DNA of 64,000 nucleotides from the human T2T-CHM13v2.0 reference genome, Homo sapiens, in NCBI RefSeq assembly GCF_009914755.1, contig NC_060939.1. The stretch is one strand, 5' to 3'. The notes under the pieces were generated by a model. The model worked only from the letters and a program-made list of their open reading frames with translations. It was not told the DNA's origin and searched no databases. This document shows, in pieces, positions 41,250 through 53,692 of this stretch. The position numbers and the translations under genes are program-made. Each line of letters opens with the position of its first letter. Position 1 is the stretch's first letter.

Positions 41250-42330
41250 GACGCAGGAAAGCGGGTCAAGGCGTAGGGCTGGAGGGCAGGGGCGGGCCCT
41301 GGGCGTGGGCTGGGGGTCCTGCCCCGGGGCGCACCCCGGGCGAGGGCTGCCCGGAGGAGCCGAGGTTGGCGGACAGCTTGGCCCTGAGCTTGAGGGGAAG
41401 GCAGCGATGGGACAAAGGACGGAGGTCTAGGAAGAGGGTCTGCAGAGCAGAAAGCACGGGTAGGGGCGGCCTGACGCTCGGAAGACAACGGATGGGAGCC
41501 GTGTGCACGTCGGGAGCTGGGAGTGAGCGTGAGTTCCGTGCCCAGGCCCGCGACTCGGTCCACGAGGACAGCGCTCCGGGTCGACGGGGTCCTGGAGCCG
41601 CGCTCGGGGAGGGCGCAGCGGAGGGCGAGCGGCGGCGTTAGGACCCGGAGGCGCGGGCGGACTGTGGGCGGCGGGGCTAGGACCCAGCGGCTCCGGCAGA
41701 GCGGAAGCGGCGGCGGGAGCTTCCGGGAGGGCGGCTCGCAGGTGAGGAGGCGTCCGGGGCCGCGGGAAGTAGGGTCGTGGGGGCCTGGCGGGGCGAAGTA
41801 GGGGACCCGGAGGGGCTGGAGGGAGGCGGGCGGGAGGCCCGGGACCGTTCCTGACCGAGAAGCCTGCGCCAAGCTGGTGTTCCGCGGCCGCTGCCCGGTG
41901 CCCGGCTCCACTGCGAACGCCGCCGCTGGGCCCCGACCGCCCGGGAGGCGTCTTGGGCTCGCCCCGGAGCTTCCTCCCTGGAGCCGCGCCCTGCACCCGG
42001 CCTTGCCCGGCCCTAGCAGGGAAGCCAAGGCTTGTGGGGCGCAGGGACCCGGGCTCTGCGGGGTCCCGGTTCCACCTCCCCACTCCTGCGTCTTCCCGCC
42101 CCGGCCGGGTTCTGGGAAGCCTCGCGCGGCTCTTCCGCAGCTGCTGCCCGCCCGGAGCTCCTGGTCCCTCGTAGGGGACCCCACTTCTCTGACACCGCGT
42201 TGGGTTCCCGGGGCCTACAGCGAGGCCTGTAACTCCGGGAGAGACCCTGGAGCGGGGTGTGGGAGAACGGTCTGGAGGAAGGGCTCCGAGCACTTCGAAA
42301 GTATAAACCGCGGTCCCAAAGAGGCGTGCT
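41250..42330. promoter_or_regulatory. CpG island; bidirectional promoter for WASH (+) and the MIR1302 host lncRNA (-, start near 41508)
   Basis: Very high GC and CpG density, GC boxes, ETS-type CGGAAG/CTTCCG at 41702-41725, and WASH exon 1 ending CAG|GTGAG at 41741. Confidence 0.9.
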
Positions 42331-43519
42331 GTGTCTGCATTTTCCTGGGAGTGCACGGTTTACATTCTCGAAAGTAGTGCTGTCGACTAGAAATATTGAG
42401 CGATACACATGTACAAGTTTTGTCACTTAAAAAGAATTTGAAAAAACTTCATAGATGCAAAAAAAAAAAAACCCACCATTATTAAAGAATACTTAGGTAT
42501 TTGTGGAATGCATTGAAGAGTTAACAAAATGGATAGGCAGGAAATATCGCAGACCTAGAATGAATTACAGCTACCCACTGTGGAACTGAGGAGCTAGGGT
42601 TTCTCATAAAACTCCCTGATAGAAGACGACTTTTGATAAAATTTTTTTTCCGCCAACAAAATCCCCTGTCTTCTCAACTAGTTACTGTCTGTCCACTAAA
42701 TAAGAGGTGGTCCGTCACTTCTTCAGATGAGCAACTACAGGCTTTTCAAAAGATAATTGCTAATCAACCCCTTTGTGCCTGGGTTTTCTTATTTGTAAAA
42801 ATAGATACTACTACCTAACTCCAAAGTGTGTGGTGAAGACAAACAATTGGGGTGATGTATACTAAAGTAACGAAAGTGTTGACCATACACTACGGGCTGG
42901 TTAGTGTTAGATTCCCTTGTTTTTCCCTCAGTATCAAAAACAGATCTAATTTAGGTTTACATAAAGACAAAATATGAAGATAAGGTGACTTACAGTTGGT
43001 ACTACTAACAAAATGTTTGGGCTAAGATTTGCATTATTGCATGAAAACAACAAAACATATCAATAAATAACAAAAAGCTTGGAATTCAGACAACAGATCC
43101 AAGTCTGGGCTTGATCTCAAGCTAGTGTTTTGATGTTGAAAAAATGTTATTTGGTCTTTCTAACCCCATTTCCTTATGTAAAATTGGGGATGATGATAAA
43201 TTCACTGATAATAAGAGTTAAATGAGATTCTTGAGGAGTCAGAATGGTTCTAACATGTGTAGGTATTATTAGCAGTCATACTGTAGCATAAGAAAATACC
43301 GTCTGCTGAAAGAGGGACAATAAAGATTATCTACATGGTCATCATTTAAAAGCTACCAGATATAGGAAGAAGGGGCCATAAAATGATAACGTTATGATGA
43401 TTAATTTTGATGCTTAGGTCAGAGTCCATTCTAGGATATCTGCTGCCCAAAAACAGCAGAGACTCATTTCTTTGGAATCACAGGACGCTGAGTGAGAGGA
43501 AAGAAAAAGAAAAGAAATA

Positions 43520-43780
43520 TTTAAGTCACATATGTGATTTCTAAAAGTAAAAAGAAACAGATGAAATTAGTGATATATTTTTAAAATCCAGTATATCCCA
43601 AATATGGTTATTTTAGCATGTAATCAATATAAAATAATAAGATATTTTACATTCTTTTTTTCTAGCCTTTGAAATTTGGTGCATATTTTACACTTATGGC
43701 ACATCTCAATTCAGACTATCCACATTTCAAGTGCTCAGTGGCTGCATGTGCCTGGTGGCTACCATATTGGACAGCACAGG
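43520..43780. mobile_element. MER33-like element
   Basis: Ends CACATTTCAAGTGCTCAGTGGC..CATGTG..TGGTGGCTACCATATTGGACAGCACAG. Confidence 0.75.
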
Positions 43781-43831
43781 TCTAAGGATTTCATTCCTGC
43801 CACAAGTCCAAACTCCTAGCTTTAATTTTGA

Positions 43832-44269
<438 letters not shown>

Positions 44270-47200
44270 CGAGAGGCACACATTCTGCTAAGAGCTTTTT
44301 CCTGACTCCCCTAACTCCAAGAGGGATTTGTCACTCCTTAGCTTTGTACTCATGACTGGAGTAGAATGAATTTAATTTGAGTTTAGTTGTTTTTGAGACT
44401 CTCCCTGGCTAGTGTAGTGTCTTATTCGTCTTTGTTGTGATCATGGCCTGCACCTAACAGATGATCAGTAGATGTTTGCAGACAGAAAGTAAACCACTCA
44501 TCAGGTGTATTCAGTCCCATTCTTGAACGGGCTTGCTGCCTCCTTTTTGAGGAGATCTGTGTATGTACTATTCTTTCACGCATATGTGTGAGCAAACACA
44601 CACACACTAACAAGAAATTCATCTGAAGATGTGCACAGGAAATATCTTGCATCTTTACCCCCTTTGTGATCTTACATATGGGAGAACTGAGGCACAGAAA
44701 TAAGTTAGGACAGCCAGCAAACTTGCATCAGTATAAATACAAAGAAGGGGAGGGAGGAACATGCTTGAAAGGGGTGTGCTGGTCTCAGAGGGTTAGGTTT
44801 CTCAGTTGGCTGGGCATCAGCTGGCCATGCTTTAGTTATTTGATGGGAGGAAAAATAAGTGGGAGGTGAGGAGTAACTCCTGGGCTCTGATGAGTATTCA
44901 AGGCAAGTACAGATCTGGAAAGCCTGTATGCAAAGGAGGAACTCACTGAAAAGTGCTGGCCTGAGGAGGGCAGAAGGGAGGGCTGGGGAAGCCAGCAGCG
45001 GGAGCAAAGGAGTAGGCTCCTACTGGGTGAAGATGTTGGTGTGGTGCGTTATGTAAAATATACAAATTATTATTGGGAATAACCACGTCTCAGCAGTGCT
45101 AGTTCTCAGTTTGGAGAATGGGAAATCGAAAGGATCAGATTCAGAGACGGCAACTTACTCAAGGTCACAGCATTTTAAACCCAAATGAAATCTCCTAGGC
45201 CCTTCATGCCACACTCATCCATCCCTACCTACTTGTGTTGCAACCAAGGGCCCCACTGTAGTGCCTAGGGGAGCAGGTCTAGGGCACAGTGCCAGGCCTG
45301 ATTAATGTCTTCCTTACCATTTTCCAGCGAGGGGCTGTGATTAGGCCTATTTATAGGGGCCTGGTCCCTTAATATTCTGCCTGGTGCATCTCTTGCCAAT
45401 CAAATCAGTGCTGTCTGCAGTGTGATTGCTGCTTTAGTGGCACCAGGGAGAGGAGTTAATTAAACCCAATATAAATAGACTCTGCCCTCACTTTGCAATT
45501 CCAGGAGTGTTTTTCCTTCCTGTCCTCCACCCCCACAGGCACCTCTTTCCTCTTGTCCCCCTAAGCTCTAGCCTGGGTGAGCAGGGCTGGCTACTCCTAT
45601 ACCTAGAGTCACTAGCCACTTGCCCAGTCTGTTTCAGGAGCAGGCCTCAGATTCCTCAGGGGTTAAAGTGGGAAGAACCCGTGTGTGCACATTTTTTGTG
45701 CTTTTCCAGAACTGGGTACCATTTGGCAGTTGATCACCCAATCTCCCCCGCTACCCCATTTCTACCCCTTTGTTTCCAGCCTCTTTTTTCCTCTGCAACC
45801 AAGGTTTCTTGTTTATCCAAGGTGGGGAGCTGAACTGAGACAAGGTATGGAAAGGGTGCCTGGCAGGTAGCAAGCACCTTGTAGGGGGTCAGAAATGTTG
45901 CACCTTCTCTGAACTCCTCCATTGACCCTACAGATTCCCCAGTCCCGGGCCCTGCCCTTTCCCTCATTCACTCAGCAGGCATCAGCAGAGTCCCATCTAT
46001 GCGCTCCTGGCCTCTCACCAAATGCTCTGTCCCCTACTCCCCTATCTGTGCAGGCTGAAGCTATGTGCATAGTTGGGATGAGGGCTGTGTTGTCTCAACA
46101 CCACCCTGCCCTGTGGTGGGTGGGTGCAGGTGGTCGTGGGTGGCTGTGATGCTCCGGCTCCCACCCACAGGCACCATGACTCCTGTGAGGATGCAGCACT
46201 CCCTGGCAGGTCAGACCTATGCCGTGCCCCTCATCCAGCCAGACCTGCGGCGAGAGGAGGCCGTCCAGCAGATGGCGGATGCCCTGCAGTACCTGCAGAA
46301 GGTCTCTGGAGACATCTTCAGCAGGTGGGTGCTGCCACCCACCCCCACCTGATGAGAGGGCCATCCCTGTCCTGGGCAATCCCAGCAACACACCCTCTGG
46401 GAGCAGCCCCCTTGGGGAATCCCGGTCCTGGGGAACCCATCTGGCTTCCCTGTGTGGGAGGGGCTGAAGTGAGAGCCCAACTTGGAAGCTTTTACTCCTG
46501 GGAGTCCGAGAGCTCACTCCCTTCCACCCCACTTAGCCTCCTGGTTTCCTGTGGTGGCTCTGCTCTCACAACTCATGCTTTTCCTCCCATTGGAGGGCCT
46601 ATTCCTTCACGTTTTCCTGCAGCCAACAAATATTTACCCAGCAGTGCTCGTGTGCAAGGCAGTGTGGGAATCTCTATATATCCAGCCACGGATAAGGCAA
46701 CATACCTCTCCACCTGGAGCGCACATTCTGGCAGGAGAGAAAGACCTAAATAAGCAATAGATGATTAGTTCTTCAATAACAGTTGTGACAAGGTCTATTG
46801 ATAATATTTTGTAATCACTAATATTCATATAAACCGTGCACAACCATTGATTTGAGTGCATTAACTCACACTTCATGAGCAGGCACTGCCGTCATCTCAT
46901 TTTATAGATGAGGAAACTGAGGCACAGAAAGGCTGAGAGACCTGGCCTAGTGACAGAGCCAGGATTCAAAGCCATAGATCATGGCCCCGGGTTATGTAGG
47001 TTATTACTGCATCTGTTCAGGGGAGATGGGGTACTGTGAGGCTCGTCATGGGAAGCCTGGCTTGGTCTCAGGTCAGGGAAGGCAGATGTGAGGAAATGAC
47101 ATTTATGGTAAAGTCTGAGGGTTGAGTGGGTAGGTTGGGAAGAACATTCCAGAAAGAAGCACATGAACTACAGCCTGGAGGTGGAGGACCTAAAAGGAAG

Positions 47201-50198
47201 CCAGCATGGCTGGAGCACGGAGTGGCCATTGAGGGAGGCGAGCTGGAGGGCTGCAGCTTCTTGTATTGGCAGTGCTGACCTCGCACAGTCCTTGGGCTCC
47301 AGTGACTTCACTCAGTGTTTATCTAACATGAGTGAGTGAATGGTGTTTGCTGTTTTTTTGGTAAAGGTCCCAGGGGTTGTCGGGTACACAGGTCCTGTCT
47401 TTGGCCATAAGCAAACTGAAATGAGGCTTGGTCTCCTTCCCAGGATCCCACACCATGCCTCACATGGTAGACCCCAGTGGGAAGTATGTGACTGCCTGAC
47501 TCAGGTGCCTCTCGTGGTCCAAGCCATCCCTGCCCTGTCCCTTCCCTGGTTGTCGCCAGACCTGGAGCCCCTGCTCCTTCACTTTGCAGCCTCCTCTTCT
47601 GTCACCAACTGGGAACCCACCTCTTCCTGAAAGTCCTCCCCCACTGACTCACCGGCTTGCCCCGAGCTTGTCAAGAATGTCCCAGTAACCAGGGGACACA
47701 CACTGAAGTGACTGAGGGGTTACCTTGGAGTTGATGCCTTGGCTCAGATCCAGCTCCCCTGTTTTCTTCCTCTGTAACCTTGGGCAACCCAACCCCTCTA
47801 AGCCTCGGTGTTCTCATTTGTGAAGTTGTGGTAATAATGGTAGCTTCCTGGTAGAATTATTGTAAATATTAAATTAATCAAAACATGAAAAGGAATGGAA
47901 CAGTGCTTGGCACCTAGGAAGCCTTCAGGAAATGCTATCTCTTCCCTGTTGATAATCTTGACCCGTACACTGCCTTTGGTTGCCATTCATGAACCTGCCA
48001 CCAATAGTAACAAAGTGCTGGATGCACCTTTTGTGCTTATCTTTGTGCTAAATGTGCCCGAGGGACACCTAGGGAAGAGGATGCAGGTCTTTAAGAGCCA
48101 TCAGCTCCAGATTATGGCCACCCCATGTCCAGCACTTAGAATGGAGGCCAAAACCATTCCCTCGGAAATTGTGTTTCCTTGCCAAGATGGGGACTGCGTG
48201 GTTGCCCTTCTCTGAGGGCAGCGCTGGATTTTTGGCGTCTTTCCTTTCCTGTCCTGGTACTTGGCACCTTGTAGACAGTTGCATGTCCCCTGCCCAGGGA
48301 TGGGATGAGGAGAGGGCAGGAAGGCATTTCCTGGGTAGTGGAGTGCTGTGTTCATTGAGTGTGGGTTCTCCAAGCTGCTGGCACAGCGCAGGGAGGGCCA
48401 GATGCCTCTCAGGAGCCTTGGGCCTGAGTCCTGGCTCCCTCACTCCTGGGTTCCAGGTCACTGCATCTGTCTCTCCACCATGTGCTCCACCTCGTGCTGG
48501 ACCTTAAGAGATACCAATTATGTGGCTGCCACTGTGTCCTAGAGGCTGGAATGGGAACACATAGGGCGAGATTGATTGTTAATTGCTAGCATGAACCGCG
48601 TGGGCTTCTCAGGGTCTAGAGTGGAGAGAAATCGGTAAGAATTGGTGGCACGCCTGTCAGAACTCCCCAGACCAAGCTAAGCATAAATTAACCAATCAGT
48701 AGAGCAGCCTTCGGAGTAAGGGCTAAAATGATGTCCTCAGGGCCTGGTTTTGCTTTCCTTCCATGTCAGTTTGCTTCTTTGGGTCTGGCTGCATTCCCAG
48801 ACAGGCCATGCTCTCGTGGTAGCAAGGTGACATGACACAGGGTCAGGTCCAGCAGGAAAGAATGCTGTCCTGTGTCCCCACTTCCTCCAGAAGCCACACT
48901 CACCCATCCCACCTGGCTTGGTCCTCATGTCTATCCCAGAATCCATTAATGGGGCCAGGGGACTATGACACACCACTTGGCTTAGACTGAGGAGCTCTGT
49001 GGGCAGCCCCACCTGAAGCTCTGGGACTAAGCCTGCGAGAGAGATGGATTCCCCAAGGGAAATGGGGCCATTGCTTGAGTAAAAAGGAAATAGTTGCTGA
49101 AGAGGAAAACCACGTGCTTACTCCACATAGGGCAGACTCCTGGAAGAGGGGGGCAGGGTAGGGAGGTGGATATGCAGGTTGCCCTGGCAGGGTCTGGAAA
49201 TGGGGGCTGCAGGCTTGGAGGGAGGCCTCAGTGTGGCTTGGAACGTGGTGTATGGTGGTCTGCCGCGAAGGCCGGCCTGCACAGGGGTGGGAGGGGGGTG
49301 CTTCTGCATGGGAAGCACAGACAGCGCTGCCTCTCCCTTGCACTCAGCTCTCGGGGCATGAGAGGCTGACTTTCCGTGAGCCTGTGGGCCAGGCCTCTTT
49401 GAATGGGGCTGAGGGAGCTTTGCCCTGGTTCCTTTGTGTCCCCACGGTGCCACGGGAGGCTCCCTGGCAGGGTGTGGGGCAAGGCAGTGAGTGAAGAGTT
49501 GGGATGAGTGAGTTAGGGCCCACGGATTACTCAAGACAGGACTTCAAGTTGATTCAGGCGTGTTAGGGAGCTGTGATTGGATTTTGAGCAGGGCAGGGAT
49601 GGGACAGAAGAGTTTGGGGAAGGTTCCTCAGGCATCCGTCACGGAAGGGACAAGAAGGGAGAGAGAGTGGATGCCAGGGACACCCAGAAGCTGTTATTGT
49701 AGTCAGGATACGACAGGGGTGAGGCTACAGACAGGGGACTTGCAAGCAGGGAGGGCAGGGTGAGACATTCAGAGGAAACGACAACAGGAAATGGTGACAG
49801 ATAGGGAACGAGGATGAAGGGAAGGGAGAGCCAGTGACGACTGGCAGTGGAGTGGGGAGCACCGCCACCTCTCCTCCTCCACTTGCCCCTCCTGTGGCAC
49901 TGGACAAGCTAGTGGGCTTTTCGTTGTCCATGGGCTTTTTCGGTGGGGATGTGACCAGCTTTGAACCCGTCCCCTTAAACATGCTCCTCCTGCATGGAAG
50001 AGACAGGGGCAGGGGAGAGACTCTCTCCCCACCACCCAGCTCAGGCCCCAGCACAGCCCGGCCTCTGGCCTCACTGGCGTCTGTGCCCAGTGACGCAGGC
50101 AGGTGAGCTCCTGGCAAATTAGCATTGCAGGCTGTGCTCTCTCCTCCTGCTCTGCTGCAGCTGGGAGTGTGCAGAGACTGGAGGGGATGACAGTCACC

Positions 50199-50263
50199 CT
50201 CTGTTTTCTGTGGTGGCTCTGTTTTCTGTGGTGCTGGATGCACCTCTGTTTTCTGTGGTGGCT
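50199..50263. repeat. Three copies of an 18-bp unit CTCTGTTTTCTGTGGTGG
   Basis: Directly visible; the third copy follows a short spacer. Confidence 0.9.
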
Positions 50264-51618
50264 CCAAGAGAGTGCACGGTCCCTGCTGATTGAAAGAAGG
50301 ATGAAGGGCAGAAGAGGGGCGGGGAGCTGTGTGCCCTAAGATCTCATTGCCTTTTTATGCCGATTAACATGCTTTTAGCCCCTACTGAGCTTATAGTTAA
50401 CAGAAGTTTCCGGGTCTTTCTTCACCTGAACTGTGTCTAAAGCAAGTTCCCTCCACCTTCTGTATTTATATGCTTGATTTTTAAAACCTAAATGTTGGGC
50501 TTCACATTTGTTCCTTGTAAATTTCATCTTGGTGATTGCAGTCTACCCTCTGGCCTTTAAAAATTGTCTGAGCCTTGATTCAATCATGAAACCAGCTTAC
50601 CCTTCCCCTGTGTGCTGGCCCCAGTTTTCTAACCAGGTGTTGAATGAACTGGATGGACTCTGCCAGATCCCTCCGTGCAAGGCTGGAATCAGTCCATTGT
50701 TCAACTGTGCCCTTTGGGGCTGTGGTTCATTTGGCTCTGATTTTTCCTATATGTTCTCTCCTCCAACCCCCATAGCTCCATCTTGTCTACAAGATTTTGT
50801 TAGAAGCCGTCAAAATCCTGCTGACTTGAGATGCACTGTGCTGCATGTTTTCCCCGGGCACAGCAGGCTAATAATCCTGTTACAAAGAGAAATGCTGTAC
50901 ATTTCGAGCAGTGCTGGCCCCTGGGGCTCACCGCGGCCTTTTCTAAGTGCTTACAGACTCTCTGTTTAATAATCCATTCCAGAAATTTTCCAGGGCTCAT
51001 TGTTGAGCTTGGTGTTCGCAACTTTGAGTGATCAGCCCTTCTCCTTTGTGGGAGCACCAGGACAGAGCAGCCTTTGTCCCTCCCCAGTCTCAGTTCCCTC
51101 CCACTGCCCCTGTGGACCTCGAATGCAGAGCTTATGCACCTACCGAAGGTCGTGTCAGCACCCAAAGCAGAATGAGGCTGCCCTGGGAACTAGGGTCAAT
51201 TAAGACAGCTTGTGCTGGAGGACCCTTTACAGCAGATGAAGGCCTCTCCCCAGCCAGAAAAGATGGAGCACACGCTGGGTGGTGGCCCCGCTTCCTCACT
51301 GGAAGGAGATGGTGCTCTTCTTTTTTCTTTCTGAATTGTGGCCACCTTCATACCAGTCTGTCATGGAACACTTAAGCCGCTTGAGTGCCTGCTGGTACTC
51401 CCAGCCCTGCCATGCCTGAGCCCCCTGCACACAAGGAGCCAGGAGTAATCAGGGCAGACCCTTTAGGGCATGGGGACTTCTGGATTGTGAAATTGGCTCT
51501 CTGGGGGCCAAGGCCTTCTAACGTTGGTGGAAGTGGCTTTGGCTTATTGGGTCGGATTCTAGGCCATTCATTCTAACGTTTAGAGACATCCCAGCTTTCC
51601 CTAGCCCAGAGTCTGCAG

Positions 51619-51756
51619 CCCCTCCACCATCCCACATCCTCCCCCTCCCTTTCCTCGTGAACCCCAGTCGCGCCTCTGCCTTCTCAAACCCCTCCACCAT
51701 CCCACACCCTCCTCCTGCCCTTCCTCATGAACCCCAGTCGCGCCTCTGCCTTCTCA
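51619..51756. repeat. 70-bp tandem duplication, 2 copies
   Basis: CCCCTCCACCATCCCACA...GAACCCCAGTCGCGCCTCTGCCTTCTCA repeated at 51619 and 51689. Confidence 0.9.
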
Positions 51757-53624
51757 TCCCTGCGCACCACACAGGCTCACTCGTGCCCAGTGAGTGCTGA
51801 GGCTGCTCTGCACGTGGAGTGTTGGCCCTGTGGGCAAGGGCTGGGCTCTTGGAGGTAGGGGAGCTACAGGGGCGACTGGGAGGAGGATGTTGTGTTACAC
51901 ACGCATCAGAGTTAACTTTGCAGTGAGAGCGGCCTTGCTGCGGCCAAAGAACATGGAAAAGCATGAGTGGGGTGATGTGCCTTAAAGCATCAGACACTTG
52001 GGCCTCGGGCATCAGGAGCCAGCCACAGGGATGTCTGGGGAAATGGCGTTCCATGAGATGCAAGCACACAAGAATGCACTTGGCACATCTGGGGAACAGC
52101 AGGCAGCTGATATCACTGGGCCCACCCCGCACCAGGGAGGATGGAAGCAGGTGAGGAGCTAGACCACACTGAGGCGGTGGTCGGGACTCGGGGTTTGCTC
52201 AGTGAGCCGTTCACTATGTGCAGGGGCAGTTCCCCGTCTGAATTTAGGTGACGACACTCAGGTCCAGCCTTGCCAGTCTCAGCCTCCGGTCTCCGTTCCC
52301 CCTCTGCAGAGGCCACATTGTCTGCTGCACGTGATCATGAGGGGTTGTGAAGTGCTTGCCCCATCAGTAGCCATGTGTGCATGTGTAAATACCATCCTCT
52401 GTGTGCCCTGGAGGCTGTCCTTCAGATAGCATGTACAGGTGGCAGCATAGGGCCTGTCCCTACTGAGAGTGCAGGGAACTCAGCACCGTCAACTCCTCGA
52501 CCCTGCAGGTCAGATTATCCTTGTAGAGGCCCCCTGGATGGCACCAAGATCGGCCCTGGCAAGTAGGTGACCCTGACTTCAGAGCCCTTGCCTGAGGGCC
52601 TGGCCTGGCAGCTCTGCTGTTAGAAGCAGGAGGTGTGCAGGGGGTGGGGAGCAGCCCAGCCTCTGTGATCTTCTCCATGGCAGGATCTCCCAGCAGGTAG
52701 AGCAGAGCCGGAGCCAGGTGCAGGCCATTGGAGAGAAGGTCTCCTTGGCCCAGGCCAAGATTGAGAAGATCAAGGGCAGCAAGAAGGCCATCAAGGTAGT
52801 CCCCATACCCCTGTGTCCTGAGGCTACTGGGCAGTCCCTCCATTTCCCCGTGCCTCTGAGGCTGCCCAGTCTCTGCCCTGCTGCCCACCTGTACCTTGAG
52901 CTTTCTTCTCGCCCAGGCTTCCAACTCCACCCTCTCCTGCCAAGCAATCCTAGCCCTCTGAGCCTCTTGGGGCCCCCTCAGACTTGTCCCTGTGTCCACA
53001 GGTGTTCTCCAGTGCCAAGTACCCTGCTCCAGAGCGCCTGCAGGAATATGGCTCCATCTTCACGGGCGCCCAGGACCCTGGCCTGCAGAGACGCCCCCGC
53101 CACAGGATCCAGAGCAAGCACCGCCCCCTGGACGAGCGGGCCCTGCAGGTCTGCTGGCCGCGCATATAGCCTGTCACACACCAGGAGGACTGGATACTGG
53201 GGAGGAGCCGGGGCCACCATAGGGTTCTGTCCCCCAGAGGAGGCTGACTGGGATGGGATGGCAGCTGATTAGGCCCAGCACCAAATATTCACCATCCGTT
53301 GGCCATCCTGGCCCTCCCAGGAGAAGCTGACTTTCCTGTGTGCGTGAGCACCAAGCCGGAGCCCGAGGACGATGCAGAAGAGGGACTTGGGGGTCTTCCC
53401 AGCAACATCAGCTCTGTCAGCTCCTTGCTGCTCTTCAACACCACCGAGAACCTGTATGGCCAGAGGGCAGGGCCGAGGGGTGTGGGCGGGAGGCCCGGCC
53501 TGGCTTAGTGGGGACCCAGGGCATCAGACACAGGTACAGCACATAGGCCAGGAGCCAGGGGGTGACTGGGGTGGCTCGGCTCGGGAGGCCTGGGACCCCA
53601 CAGTGCACGCTGTGCCCCTGATGA

Positions 53625-53692
53625 TGTGGGAGAGGAACATGGGCTCAGGACAGCGGGTGTCAGCTTGCCTGACCCCCATGTTGCCTCTGTAG
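53625..53692 (+). ncRNA. MIR6859-3: miR-6859 precursor (5'-tailed mirtron in WASH intron 5)
   Basis: GAGAGGAACATGGGCTCAGGACA...TGACCCCCATGTTGCCTCTGTAG hairpin ending exactly at the acceptor AG. Confidence 0.85.

Noticed and set aside
41174-42426. ORFs of 336 and 309 aa over the CpG island
   Set aside because: Stop-poor GC-rich promoter DNA with low-complexity translations in several frames.
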